A stretch of DNA of 64,000 nt from a virus, in IMG/VR virus record IMGVR_UViG_3300020391_000004, positions 67,615-131,614 of that record; one strand, given 5' to 3'. A program made the position numbers and the translations under genes. Positions 51,651-61,528 of this stretch are shown here, in pieces (position 1 is the first letter of the stretch; each line of letters starts with the position of its first letter). Below the pieces are notes generated by a model. It saw only the letters and a program-made list of their open reading frames with translations, was not told where the DNA came from and did not search any database.

Positions 51651-52704
51651 TTTCTGCTTCTTCTAAGAAATCTTTGTAACTTTTGTAAAGTTTTTCTTCT
51701 ACTGCTTCCATAGTTTCTTCAACTTCACGTGGTTCTTGATCCATTGGATTATCACCAGGTGCACTTGCTGGATAACTTTTCTTAGGTCTATTTAATCCGC
51801 CACTTAATCCAATAAGTTGATCTTCTGGACTCATATAATCTTCTGCAGGCTCATTGGCATACTCAGCAATTTTTTCTGCGTAGTTTTCATAACCTGCTAG
51901 TTGTAATATATCTTGTAGTTCTTGTACTGGTACTGATACCATTGCGTCTACTGCTTCTTGGTCGCATCCACAATCTTCTTCTACTTCTATATCTATATTT
52001 TCAGTTGTATCACTTTCAATAAACATTTCAATTGTCTCTGCATTGTCTTCTATATCGTCAGTGCCTGTAATTTTTACTAATTCATTCATATATGCTTTAG
52101 TAATAGGCATTTCATCAATAAATGCCATTGGGTCTTCTTCAAATTTATCTTCACCGTATTTTTTCATCATAGCATCGACTTCATTTGTTTCCATAGCATC
52201 GGTTGTTATTCCGCTATTAGTTGCCCATTGGACATAACCTTGAGGTAACGGATCTCCGTTGTTTCCTATATAGTTTGAATACTTTTCAGTCCAAGCCATC
52301 ATCATATCTTTTACTTTGCCTTCGTCTACTACTTCTTCTGTTGTAGTATCTTCGTCTTGTCTGTCCATAATTTCTTTTTTAATTTTATCATACTGGCTAC
52401 CCATACCCGGATATGCTTTTTCAAACTCTTCTTTAGTCATACCCTCTTCAACATCCTGCATCATATCTTTGACTGAGCCTTCATCAAGCGTATCCTCTTC
52501 TATATCATCAAGTATATCCATGTACTCACGCATGTCCTCCATCTTGCCTGCCATTTTGTTCATTTTCTTTTTTAGTGTAGGATTTTTTTCTATTCCTGGT
52601 TTATCGTAATCTTGGCGATTAAGAGAAGGTGTACGACCAATGTCCATTCCGCCGGCTCCCATTTTGTCCATTTTACTCATTTTTGGTTTAATTACTATAG
52701 GCAT
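51634..52704 (-). CDS. acidic late protein, probable internal head or core protein
   Basis: Repeated DEGxVKDMM and ILQLAG motif; very E/D-rich. Confidence 0.55.
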   Translation of the reverse strand: MPIVIKPKMSKMDKMGAGGMDIGRTPSLNRQDYDKPGIEKNPTLKKKMNKMAGKMEDMREYMDILDDIEEDTLDEGSVKDMMQDVEEGMTKEEFEKAYPGMGSQYDKIKKEIMDRQDEDTTTEEVVDEGKVKDMMMAWTEKYSNYIGNNGDPLPQGYVQWATNSGITTDAMETNEVDAMMKKYGEDKFEEDPMAFIDEMPITKAYMNELVKITGTDDIEDNAETIEMFIESDTTENIDIEVEEDCGCDQEAVDAMVSVPVQELQDILQLAGYENYAEKIAEYANEPAEDYMSPEDQLIGLSGGLNRPKKSYPASAPGDNPMDQEPREVEETMEAVEEKLYKSYKDFLEEAEITNKD

Positions 52705-52713
52705 TTTCTTTCC

Positions 52714-53367
52714 TTACGTGTTAGCACCTGTGATGCGTTTAATCATATTTTTATTTGCTGTTTTGTTAGATGTCTTAGGATTAATCTTTTGATCAAGTCC
52801 GCCATATTTCTTTTGTTGGTCCTTACCTATCTTGTCAAATTGAGGATCATTTTTCAAATTACCTACAAATTTATTAAACCCTTTTTGCATTCTATCTAAA
52901 AATGAAGGTTTATTATTTTTATCAGGTTGTAAGTTAGGTGTTATAGGTTTGTAAGTATTGTCCTTGTTTAAAGCATACCTGTTTAAAGGCGTAATAGGCA
53001 TTAATCTTTTATCAATACTAGGTTTAATCTTTTTATCAGGACTAAATGGATTGCCTGGAGAATTCTTTTGAGATATTGTCTCCGGTGGAGCCATAGGATT
53101 ATCTATTTTAGGTTCTTTTTTTGGTTGTTTTTTTATTTCTTTATTAAGTAATCTATATTTTTCTGCGATACCACTTAGTGTATCACCTTTTTTTACAGTA
53201 TAGCTTTTGCCGTTTGGCAGTTTTACTTTTTGTCCAATGCTTATCTTATTCGGGTCTTTTATTCCACTAAGTTTTGCAAGAGTACGGTAAGTTACACGTT
53301 CGTCTACCTTTTCAACTTCTTCATTAATTTTGCGTAATGATTCTATTGCTTTATATAAATCTAGCAT
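52714..53367 (-). CDS. LysM-domain protein
   Basis: YTVKKGDTLSGIA preceded by a permuted half LAKLSGIKDPNKISIGQKVKLP. Confidence 0.85.
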   Translation of the reverse strand: MLDLYKAIESLRKINEEVEKVDERVTYRTLAKLSGIKDPNKISIGQKVKLPNGKSYTVKKGDTLSGIAEKYRLLNKEIKKQPKKEPKIDNPMAPPETISQKNSPGNPFSPDKKIKPSIDKRLMPITPLNRYALNKDNTYKPITPNLQPDKNNKPSFLDRMQKGFNKFVGNLKNDPQFDKIGKDQQKKYGGLDQKINPKTSNKTANKNMIKRITGANT

Positions 53368-53874
53368 TTACTTTCCTTTTGCTTCAAACTCATACTTACG
53401 AGTCTCTAAACCCTTTAGCATATTGCCATTGTATTCGTCACCAAAAGAATCCGATGCTTTTACATCTTTGGCATCTTTGTAATCAGGATCTTCTAATTTA
53501 GAAATATATTCTGCATCCTGCTCTTTTATTGCTTCTTCTCTTGCAATTTCTTCAGGATGATCGCTATTAATTACTACCAAATGGCTTGCTGGAACTCCAA
53601 CTACTTGAGTAATATATTCATACAAAGAATTTGCAGTTACTGGATATTTTAGTTCTGCATCCATAATAAACACTTCAGCATTATTAAGTGTTTGAAAATC
53701 CATGGGGTGTTCTTGTATTGGAGTTTTTTTAGGTTTGCTAATACTTGCAACTTCATACTTTTCAAGTGCAGATTCTAGAGCGTCCATTCTTTCATCATCT
53801 AACATCTCTGCAATTTTTAAACGAAACTTATATGTTTGTTCATTTTCTACTAGATAACTCTTAAAACTTTTCAT
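53368..53874 (-). CDS. conserved late protein with capsid-targeting-like N-terminus
   Basis: Starts MKSFKSYLVE, compare T4 CTS MKTYQEFIAE. Confidence 0.6.
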   Translation of the reverse strand: MKSFKSYLVENEQTYKFRLKIAEMLDDERMDALESALEKYEVASISKPKKTPIQEHPMDFQTLNNAEVFIMDAELKYPVTANSLYEYITQVVGVPASHLVVINSDHPEEIAREEAIKEQDAEYISKLEDPDYKDAKDVKASDSFGDEYNGNMLKGLETRKYEFEAKGK

Positions 53875-53898
53875 CTTACAATCCTTTTTATATGTGTG

Positions 53899-53905
53899 TA
53901 TTTAT
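53899..53905 (-). promoter_or_regulatory. late promoter ATAAATA
   Basis: Read directly, upstream of 53874. Confidence 0.65.
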
Positions 53906-54417
53906 TCCTTTTCGTGTGTATCACGTCCTAGTATTTCTTGTAATAGTTGGGTACGATCTATAGCATGACCTTGTCCATCTTCCGTATCTTCCCCTCGATC
54001 ATATGCTTGTTTTGCAAGTTTTGCATCAAGTGTTGCTTTTTTTATTTGTAAATCCACCATACGTAATTTCTTATTTACTTTATGTTGTTTTGCATTTAGT
54101 GCAGTATCTAACATACGACTTGCATTGTTAAAAATTTCTCCGCTAAAACGTGCTTCAACATTCATACCGAGGTCCATCAGATCCTTAAACGTATCTTTTG
54201 CTAAGTCAGCAATATCATCCATCTCTTTATCACTAGTGCCAAGTTCTCTTACACTAGGCAAAGCTGCATCAATTTTATCTACATTTTCCATTGCCGTTTG
54301 TAGTTCAGGAATATCATCTGCAGTAATAGTATCTACTACTTTAGCATTTTCTTCTTTTGTTAAAGGCATTTCTTCGTTGACTTCAACATTGAATAATTCT
54401 TCAAGTTTTTTTGTCAT
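53902..54417 (-). CDS. putative terminase small subunit (gp16-like)
   Basis: Helical; LMDLGMNVEARFSGEIF...DLQIKK resembles the gp16 core; packaging context. Confidence 0.5.
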   Translation of the reverse strand: MTKKLEELFNVEVNEEMPLTKEENAKVVDTITADDIPELQTAMENVDKIDAALPSVRELGTSDKEMDDIADLAKDTFKDLMDLGMNVEARFSGEIFNNASRMLDTALNAKQHKVNKKLRMVDLQIKKATLDAKLAKQAYDRGEDTEDGQGHAIDRTQLLQEILGRDTHEKE

Positions 54418-54445
54418 TAGATTTCCTAATTTTATTAATACTTAG

Positions 54446-54886
54446 TTATCGTTTACCGTTATGAAAAATATCTTCTTCAGTGACAACTCTAAAACGTAAA
54501 CCTTTATGCTTGGCCCATTTAGCCGCTGCTTCCCATTTTGCGTGGTTTACTGCTATTGCAATTTTCTCCTGTTTGCGGGTTTTTTCAGTCAACACTGTCT
54601 GCGATTTTGGTTTTACCTCAATTAATTCAGCATGTTTTTTACCATTTTTATCTTGATACATTACAACAAAATCTGGCACATATACAGTACCTTTTCCCGT
54701 TAGCGGATTGCGGTAAGGTATTTGTATTGCTTCACTTGCCCAATTTACTACGCTAGGATGATTGTCACAAAAACGCATAAATGCATGTTCCCATCCACTT
54801 CTATATCGAGGAGATTTATTACCACTATACTTTTGTGGATTTTTCATTTCGTATAAGCCGTTAGCAAATTTGTTACGACTAAACAT
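54446..54886 (-). CDS. head completion nuclease (T4 gp4-like, TnsA-type)
   Basis: YRSGWE, WASE..IPY, YVPDF, IEVKP and KWEAA. Confidence 0.9.
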   Translation of the reverse strand: MFSRNKFANGLYEMKNPQKYSGNKSPRYRSGWEHAFMRFCDNHPSVVNWASEAIQIPYRNPLTGKGTVYVPDFVVMYQDKNGKKHAELIEVKPKSQTVLTEKTRKQEKIAIAVNHAKWEAAAKWAKHKGLRFRVVTEEDIFHNGKR

Positions 54887-55255
54887 TTATGCCTCCACTT
54901 GGCGGGCTATATTCTCATTAGGTTTAATATTTTGTTCGTATCCTAGTAAACTTGATGTACGTCTACTAAGATTTAAAAATGTAGGAATTGCACTTTTTAA
55001 ATTTGAATCGTCAAATTCTTTTATTATATCTATGATGTTTATGTTCAATTCATTTGCTGCTTCTATAACGGCTGCAGTAAGTGCTGCTGCCGCATCTGGA
55101 TTTTTTGTCCTAGCAATAAAAAAACTTTTTGCTGCTTCAAACTCATTGTCTGTCATACTAATTTGATTAGTAAAATAGTTTGTAAAATAATCTTGAACTC
55201 TCTGATCAAAATTATCTACTGGATTTATTAATGGTAAGTTAGTATCTTGTGACAT
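54887..55255 (-). CDS. hypothetical virion-region protein
   Basis: 122-aa ORF in the structural operon. Confidence 0.6.
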   Translation of the reverse strand: MSQDTNLPLINPVDNFDQRVQDYFTNYFTNQISMTDNEFEAAKSFFIARTKNPDAAAALTAAVIEAANELNINIIDIIKEFDDSNLKSAIPTFLNLSRRTSSLLGYEQNIKPNENIARQVEA

Positions 55256-56529
55256 TAAATTATTCCGTCTAATGGAGTTTGTAGTCTACTTTTTTTACTA
55301 TACTGTTTTAAATCGCTTATATGTATTGGCTTACTGACTGTTCCAGTACCTGCAGGAATTTTGGTTGTATTTCCACCGACATTAACAGAATTTACACGTC
55401 TAGTGTTATTTGCATTACCTATATTGACGCCTCCACTAGTAACTACATTATCGGTAATAACTCTATTACTGTTTGTATTATTTTGTATGTTTTGATTTTT
55501 TCCAGTAATAGTGCTAATAATTCCTTTTTCGATAGACAGAGCATAGTTGTTTGCAATTTTTTCAGCCTCGCCTGTTATAGGAACTAGTATATTACTTGTT
55601 GGCTTTTTACCTGATATTAAATTATTAGCAAAAATATTAAGTGTCTCTTCGAACACATTTAGTCCATTTGGATTTTTTGTTTGATTGAATATTATTTCTG
55701 CATCTGTAATTGTGCCTATAACATTTCCATCAAATAAATCAGTAGCACGTTGCGATGTAACACTGGTTAGTGTGCCGTCTATAAATGCAGTATCATCAGC
55801 TATTGTTGTAGCACTTAAATCACTTTTTTCTACATCATAATGTATATCACCAAATCCTCTTGGATTTATGTTATTTACAAAACCAGTAGCATATTTTACA
55901 GTTTCATATGCTAATTGCATTGTATTTTCCATTAATCCGCCATTAGCATAAGCATGTTGATCATGTGAAAAACTAGTAATAATTGGATTTACAAGCGTGT
56001 ATTCACCAAACTTATGATTTTGCATACTATAAATTTTAATGTTTTTAAAAAATCTTTTGTTTCCGCGTTGTAGTCCCCATTGTTGTTGAGTCCTATTTGC
56101 ATACTTGTCACTTGTAGTGTACGCATTTCCATCTAAACTATATGTGGGATCTGCATTATAGTAAATGTAATACTTATGCCACATTTCTCTAATTACTTCT
56201 TTTGTATCATCGTGGAAACGTATTGTTATAGGCTGGTAATTAAATTTATGATGACTTTGTGTTTGTCTATTATATTGATTATGTGTTTGTACGTCTAAGG
56301 TATAGGCAGGTAAATCCGCACTTTTAACTAGTAATGGAATCTCTAATTGTGCTATTGTGTCAAATAAAGTCGCGGCCTCTGGAGTAAATTCAAATACTAC
56401 ATGAAATAAATTAGAATATTTAGGTTGGAGCTCATAGTTATTATCAACAAAAGTTTTAGATGCGTGTTTGTAATCACGCATCGTATCACCTGTTGAAAAT
56501 TGTGTGAGTAAAGGATTTACACTAGCCAT
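55255..56529 (-). CDS. tail-tube-like baseplate or tube initiator protein
   Basis: Tube-fold motifs (LVKSADLP..., YQPITIRFHDD, NPIITSFSH, MQLAYE); follows the tube gene. Confidence 0.6.
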   Translation of the reverse strand: MASVNPLLTQFSTGDTMRDYKHASKTFVDNNYELQPKYSNLFHVVFEFTPEAATLFDTIAQLEIPLLVKSADLPAYTLDVQTHNQYNRQTQSHHKFNYQPITIRFHDDTKEVIREMWHKYYIYYNADPTYSLDGNAYTTSDKYANRTQQQWGLQRGNKRFFKNIKIYSMQNHKFGEYTLVNPIITSFSHDQHAYANGGLMENTMQLAYETVKYATGFVNNINPRGFGDIHYDVEKSDLSATTIADDTAFIDGTLTSVTSQRATDLFDGNVIGTITDAEIIFNQTKNPNGLNVFEETLNIFANNLISGKKPTSNILVPITGEAEKIANNYALSIEKGIISTITGKNQNIQNNTNSNRVITDNVVTSGGVNIGNANNTRRVNSVNVGGNTTKIPAGTGTVSKPIHISDLKQYSKKSRLQTPLDGII

Positions 56530-56543
56530 TAGAACTTATCCTA

Positions 56544-57161
56544 TTAGCCGGTTACTGTTTGACCAATTGTTCTATCTATTGAAGAACCTATTCCTTCGCC
56601 TAGTGGAGTTTGTACTGCATTATCAAATCTTACAGCCATTGTAATATTTGCTGGATCTTGTGATGCATAATCTAGTTCGTTATAATTTATATTTTGTACG
56701 AAACAACCATATAACTCCCAAGTTTCAAGTACGTTTGGAGTATTTGCACCATTTCCACCGTCTAGTATTTCAAAACGTGTTATAAATTTATAATCTATAC
56801 CCGAAGCAGCACTGGATTGTTCCATGAAGTCAAATTGCTTTTGGATTTGCTCACCGCATAGTCTTGATATAGCACCGTTTACATCATCACGTAAATTTAC
56901 TGTTATTGGATCCCAATTATGTTTTCCTATAAGATAAACTTTACTGTTATAGATATCAATCATATTTTCTTCAAATGTTACTGCTGGACGAGTAATATTC
57001 ATTATTTGCTTTGTCATTTCAGTTCTAGGTGTACTGACGCCAAAGTTTTCAAAACTGGCTCTAAAGCGGTATTTTAGTTTTGGCATTAGCAAGCCTTGAC
57101 TTGCCGCACTCTGATCACCGTCTATAGGTACTGTGAACTTTGTTAATGATGAAACTGACAT
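56544..57161 (-). CDS. tail tube protein (gp19-like)
   Basis: LMPKLKYRFR, WDPITVNLRDD, WELYGCF and LDYAS; follows the sheath gene. Confidence 0.88.
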   Translation of the reverse strand: MSVSSLTKFTVPIDGDQSAASQGLLMPKLKYRFRASFENFGVSTPRTEMTKQIMNITRPAVTFEENMIDIYNSKVYLIGKHNWDPITVNLRDDVNGAISRLCGEQIQKQFDFMEQSSAASGIDYKFITRFEILDGGNGANTPNVLETWELYGCFVQNINYNELDYASQDPANITMAVRFDNAVQTPLGEGIGSSIDRTIGQTVTG

Positions 57162-57192
57162 TTAATTCTGCTCCTAATAGTAATTATAAAAG

Positions 57193-57199
57193 TATTTAT
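57193..57199 (-). promoter_or_regulatory. late promoter ATAAATA for tail tube
   Basis: Read directly. Confidence 0.75.
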
Positions 57200-57212
57200 C
57201 AGTTTAAAGCCA

Positions 57213-57239
57213 TAAAAAATGGGGGTATAAACCCCCATT
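57213..57239 (-). terminator. intrinsic terminator after tail sheath
   Basis: AAUGGGGGU/ACCCCCAUU 9-bp stem followed by U-run. Confidence 0.85.
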
Positions 57240-57255
57240 GTAATTTTTATTATAT

Positions 57256-60200
57256 TTAAACTGTACTTGCGGCTGCAACGTTTCCACTTGCAATTTCGCC
57301 TGTATTTTTTAGTCTTATCGGAATGAAAATAAATTCAGCTGATTTAACAGGTTCTATAGCAACATCAACATACAACTCGTTTCTGTCTATTCTATCTGAT
57401 GTATTATTTGTATCATCACATACTACTAAGTAGTCGAATACTCCACGTTTTGCGACTAAATCATTAAGTGTTTGTTCGATTTGTTGTTTTAGCTCGTCTC
57501 TAGTTATTTTATCATTTGGTTCAAATACAAATCCTGTTGCAATTGTTTGTAGCTGACGTCTTAAATATCCTGTCAAGCGTGATATGTTTATACGGTCTAA
57601 AGCACTTGTACTTGCTGCTCTAGTCTTGTTACCATAATTTAAAATTCCGCTTCCTGCAAAGAAAGCAATTGGATTTACTCTATTTGTATATAATGTATCT
57701 CTAACACTTTCACGTATGTTATCTGTAACAAAAGTTCCAGTTGTTGAATCTATATATCCGATACTTGCTATGTTATCAACTAGTCCACGACGTGTACCTG
57801 CAGGTGCAAACCATGGAAAACTAATATCATCACTCCTTGCAATAGTCCTTAACATTGCATGACTTGGCGGTACTACAATTGTATTACCGTTTAAATCATT
57901 TGTTGTGGCACTTGGATAAAATACTGCTAGATAAGGATCACTAGTTACTAATCCATCTTCATTATTATCACTGGCATTTGCTGTATTAGTTGTATAGTTT
58001 TCTAATGCAGTGCTTGTTGCGGCTAATCTTAACGGTGTATCACCTATAACAAATGCAGTTTGTCTTCTATCATTATTTAGACTGACCATATTGCTAATTA
58101 GCTCTGGATAACCGGGAGATGCAATTACATTAAAAGTTCTTGCATCTTCACGTAATTCTGCACTTGCATCTAAAGCAGACTTCATAGCATTTACTACTAC
58201 TGTTCTTACTGCTTTACGTCCAAAAGTAGTACCACTTTCTGTTACCCATGCATCCTTCTCAGTAGGTAGTGTTGGATATAAAGTTGTATCACTAAAATTT
58301 GTTCTACTAAAGTAATCAGCTCTAAATTTCTTTACATTGTATGTACTGCGTCTTGTATTAAACAATAACATACCACGTGGATAAATTGTAGGATCTGGTC
58401 TATCAATATCTAAGTAGTCATTTGTTAATAAACTTTTTGTTGTTGGAATAGCACCAGTCACCACATCTGTAGTTCCATCGCCCATAAAACGTGCATCTGC
58501 AAAAATTATCCCGTCTTCTGTAGTATTGTCCGTTTTATCAATTACAACCCATTTTTGTTCGCCACTCACTGTTTCTCTTCTATACAATGATGGATAATTT
58601 TCTAAATCACTTGTATCAATCCATAGATCACCATTTACTAAAGCACTATCATCGCTTTGTAATGTAGGTGCAGTTGAGCTAAAAATTACACCATTTGGAC
58701 TTGTACTTGCTAAAGCAAATCCTCTTGTATCTGTAATATTTTGATAACCTTTCCATATAGTTCCATCATGTATCATAATATCTGCTTCAAAACCGCCTGT
58801 ATACCAATGTGTGTTATCTGTTGGATTTGCACTTGGTGCACTTATACTAGCAGTGTATGTAGGAGCAATCCAATTACTTAATATTAAGTCACTACTGTTA
58901 CCAGCTCTTACTTGTTTTGTTGTTATACTTGTTGTTATGCCTGCATCTGTAAGAGGTGTACCTGTAGTATTTTTAAGTATTATTACACCACCTAATGCGT
59001 GTGTAATTACCAAAAATCCACTACTATCTACACTTGCACTTACATTAGAAACATTAGCAGCGTTAATATCACTTGCTAAACTTGCAATTGATGTTCCGCT
59101 TAATGTCACTTCTACAGCAGTGCTTAGTGTTGTACTATTTGCACTACTTGCACTTATAGTAAATTTATTTCCTGCAGTTAATGGCGTAGCTGAATTTATT
59201 AATCCTGTCACACTTAATATACCAGCACTATATCTTTGAAAAAGTTTATAAGTTACTGTATCATTTTCAGTAACATCATATTGTACGTAGTATGTGCCCG
59301 CCTTTATAGCTTTACCGCCTGTTGAATCTAAATTTTTCAGTGCAGTAACATCATTTGTATAAGCAGGTGCAGTACTTGCAGTAAATGATGCAGTTGCGGT
59401 ACTATATGTGCTTACATCTGCTAAAAAACCTAAATTACTGGATGTTGTTTTTACCCATACACTTCCTGTTGGTCTTGGTACTGAATCTGTAGATTTCCAT
59501 GCAGGTACCGTATAGTGTGGATCCTGTGCTATTAGTGGTCTTGCATATGTTCCTGCACTTAATCCTGCGTCTGTCAAAATACTTCCACTAGCATTTGCTA
59601 AAACTATTTTTCCATCTGCAACACTGTCTACGCCAACTGCGGTGCTATTTGCATATATTTCTATTTTATTGTTATGCACATCAGCAGTAACACCAGTAAT
59701 ACTCGCATTATTGATACTAGTCTTTAATTCTGTTACAGTACTTCCTACCATTGTTACAGTTGTACCATTTATAGTAATACTATGTCCTTGTGTAAATCTA
59801 GGACTTGCTACAGTTCCAGCAATAGTTGCATGAGCAATTTGCCAACTTGCACTACCTACTAGTACCCAGGCATTTGCACGATTTTTATAATAAACAGGGT
59901 TACTAACATTTGTTGCAACTAATGCATAATCACCTATTGCACCAATTGAAGTTTTAGGAACTCCGCCATCTAAATCACTTGTACTTGTTATTACAGTTGG
60001 AACCTTATTTGTAAAGGATCCTGTACTTCCGTTCCATTCAAAAATTCCCCAACGTGTATCTGCAGAAACGTCCCACCATATTGTTCCATTTGTTGGTTGT
60101 CCTAATGGTCTACTTGTACTGCTTACTAATTCTCCTAGATCAACATCTGCTCTCATTACGTAAGCACGGTTACTTACACCTAGTAGACTATAAGCAGCCA

Positions 60201-60483
60201 TTAATCCATATTCATTTAATTCGTATCCATTAATTGGTGTGCCCGCTGCAGTATTATAAAAAGTTGGATTTCCAAATGTACTTGTTAATTCTCTTTGACT
60301 TCCAATTAAAAAAGTTTTTCCTGCATTTGCGGCAGTTGTTCCTGATGCTGTTCCTGAGCCAGTTCCACTCGTTTTATTTTCTGCAGTTGCAATAACAATT
60401 GTTGCTACTGTGCCTGCAGTAGAAGGAGTATAATTACTTTCGTCTATTACTGTAACTTCTACGCCTGGTGATATAAGTGCCAT
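57256..60483 (-). CDS. contractile tail sheath protein (gp18-like)
   Basis: SPGVEV N-terminus; PWFAPAG..RG, RINISRL and RIDRNEL...PVKSAEFI. Confidence 0.93.
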   Translation of the reverse strand: MALISPGVEVTVIDESNYTPSTAGTVATIVIATAENKTSGTGSGTASGTTAANAGKTFLIGSQRELTSTFGNPTFYNTAAGTPINGYELNEYGLMAAYSLLGVSNRAYVMRADVDLGELVSSTSRPLGQPTNGTIWWDVSADTRWGIFEWNGSTGSFTNKVPTVITSTSDLDGGVPKTSIGAIGDYALVATNVSNPVYYKNRANAWVLVGSASWQIAHATIAGTVASPRFTQGHSITINGTTVTMVGSTVTELKTSINNASITGVTADVHNNKIEIYANSTAVGVDSVADGKIVLANASGSILTDAGLSAGTYARPLIAQDPHYTVPAWKSTDSVPRPTGSVWVKTTSSNLGFLADVSTYSTATASFTASTAPAYTNDVTALKNLDSTGGKAIKAGTYYVQYDVTENDTVTYKLFQRYSAGILSVTGLINSATPLTAGNKFTISASSANSTTLSTAVEVTLSGTSIASLASDINAANVSNVSASVDSSGFLVITHALGGVIILKNTTGTPLTDAGITTSITTKQVRAGNSSDLILSNWIAPTYTASISAPSANPTDNTHWYTGGFEADIMIHDGTIWKGYQNITDTRGFALASTSPNGVIFSSTAPTLQSDDSALVNGDLWIDTSDLENYPSLYRRETVSGEQKWVVIDKTDNTTEDGIIFADARFMGDGTTDVVTGAIPTTKSLLTNDYLDIDRPDPTIYPRGMLLFNTRRSTYNVKKFRADYFSRTNFSDTTLYPTLPTEKDAWVTESGTTFGRKAVRTVVVNAMKSALDASAELREDARTFNVIASPGYPELISNMVSLNNDRRQTAFVIGDTPLRLAATSTALENYTTNTANASDNNEDGLVTSDPYLAVFYPSATTNDLNGNTIVVPPSHAMLRTIARSDDISFPWFAPAGTRRGLVDNIASIGYIDSTTGTFVTDNIRESVRDTLYTNRVNPIAFFAGSGILNYGNKTRAASTSALDRINISRLTGYLRRQLQTIATGFVFEPNDKITRDELKQQIEQTLNDLVAKRGVFDYLVVCDDTNNTSDRIDRNELYVDVAIEPVKSAEFIFIPIRLKNTGEIASGNVAAASTV

Positions 60484-60520
60484 ATTCTCTTTCCTTTTAT
60501 TAAGGTAATTTGTATACTGT

Positions 60521-60527
60521 TATTTAT
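60521..60527 (-). promoter_or_regulatory. late promoter ATAAATA for tail sheath
   Basis: Read directly. Confidence 0.75.
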
Positions 60528-60579
60528 CCACACCACATTAAAAAACACCTATTTTGCCATGTCCCTTTAAAGGTCCGTG

Positions 60580-60586
60580 TTAAATA
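60580..60586 (+). promoter_or_regulatory. late promoter variant TTAAATA, 5 nt before ATG
   Basis: Read directly. Confidence 0.55.
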
Positions 60587-60591
60587 CATGT

Positions 60592-60921
60592 ATGAGACCG
60601 GTTTGTAAACAATGTGGACAACGTCCTAAGGCAGTAAATTATTACAAAGGTAATAAAATATATTATAGGCGTAAATGTGAACAATGCCTAAAATTATATA
60701 AGCCTGTCAAACCATTATGGGTAGATAGTGGATATAAATTAAAAAGAAAATGTGAGGCTTGTGGATTTAAGCCTATTATAAGAAGTCAAGTTATTGTTTT
60801 TTATATTGATGGAAATTTAAATAATGTTAACAACCGTAATCTGAAAACTGTATGTCTAAATTGCAATCAGGAGTTGATAAAGTTTGGTTGGAATCGAGGT
60901 GACCTAAAACCTGATGTTTGA
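60592..60921 (+). CDS. zinc-binding HNH-like protein with degenerate active site
   Basis: CxxC pairs; VFYIDGNLNN..NL..VCLNC, with the usual His residues replaced. Confidence 0.7.
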   Translation: MRPVCKQCGQRPKAVNYYKGNKIYYRRKCEQCLKLYKPVKPLWVDSGYKLKRKCEACGFKPIIRSQVIVFYIDGNLNNVNNRNLKTVCLNCNQELIKFGWNRGDLKPDV

Positions 60922-61516
60922 GATTTTCTAAAGTTGAATTATTTTCAATAATAACATCAAACTTATCATCAGAAGCTACCCACTTCCATTCACTAGTATG
61001 AACATCACGAAACATAATTTGCATAGTATCTACTTCATCGTTACTAATATTTGCTTTGTTAACGTTTATTGCAGTGGCCCACCATAATGGTTTCTCTCCA
61101 CGTCTTACTTGCCAAACTTCGCCGCCAATGCTACGTAACATGTCTTGCTCATTTGTAAATCTAACATCTGGAATCACGTAGTCATCTGGGTTTTCTAGCA
61201 TTTGTTTTTTAAGTAAACTAACCCAGATTCCTTTATCAAATCCATTACGCATACAGTCCGTTCCAAATTCTTGTAATACTATTCTCGGTGTAATTAATCG
61301 ACCTGTCTCGTTTGACCAAAAAGGATCTCGTTGTTCACGCCATTTTCTACTTTTAGCAGTATCGCCTTCGAGTAAATTTCTATCCCACCCAAAAACTTTT
61401 GCTACACCATCTTTAAGTTTGTCAGCAAAACTTAATTTTTTGAAACCTTCCGCTACTAATATATCCGCAACAGTACCTTTGCCCGAACCTATTAATCCGC
61501 ATATTCCTATTATCAT
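60827..61516 (-). CDS. deoxynucleoside monophosphate kinase (gp1-like)
   Basis: GLIGSGKGT, FADKLKD, QEFGTD and DVRFTNE. Confidence 0.9.
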   Translation of the reverse strand: MIIGICGLIGSGKGTVADILVAEGFKKLSFADKLKDGVAKVFGWDRNLLEGDTAKSRKWREQRDPFWSNETGRLITPRIVLQEFGTDCMRNGFDKGIWVSLLKKQMLENPDDYVIPDVRFTNEQDMLRSIGGEVWQVRRGEKPLWWATAINVNKANISNDEVDTMQIMFRDVHTSEWKWVASDDKFDVIIENNSTLENLKHQVLGHLDSNQTLSTPDCNLDIQFSDYGC

Positions 61517-61528
61517 TTAAGCCTCATG

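Noticed and set aside
58811-59239. Antisense ORFs within sheath, ssb (45845..46084) and 62317..62760
   Set aside because: Mirror images of Thr/Ala/Ser- or Lys-rich sense codons, with no independent signals
60564-60573. 10-bp palindrome CCTTTAAAGG between divergent late promoters
   Set aside because: Single occurrence, AT-rich core and no supporting copy in the window
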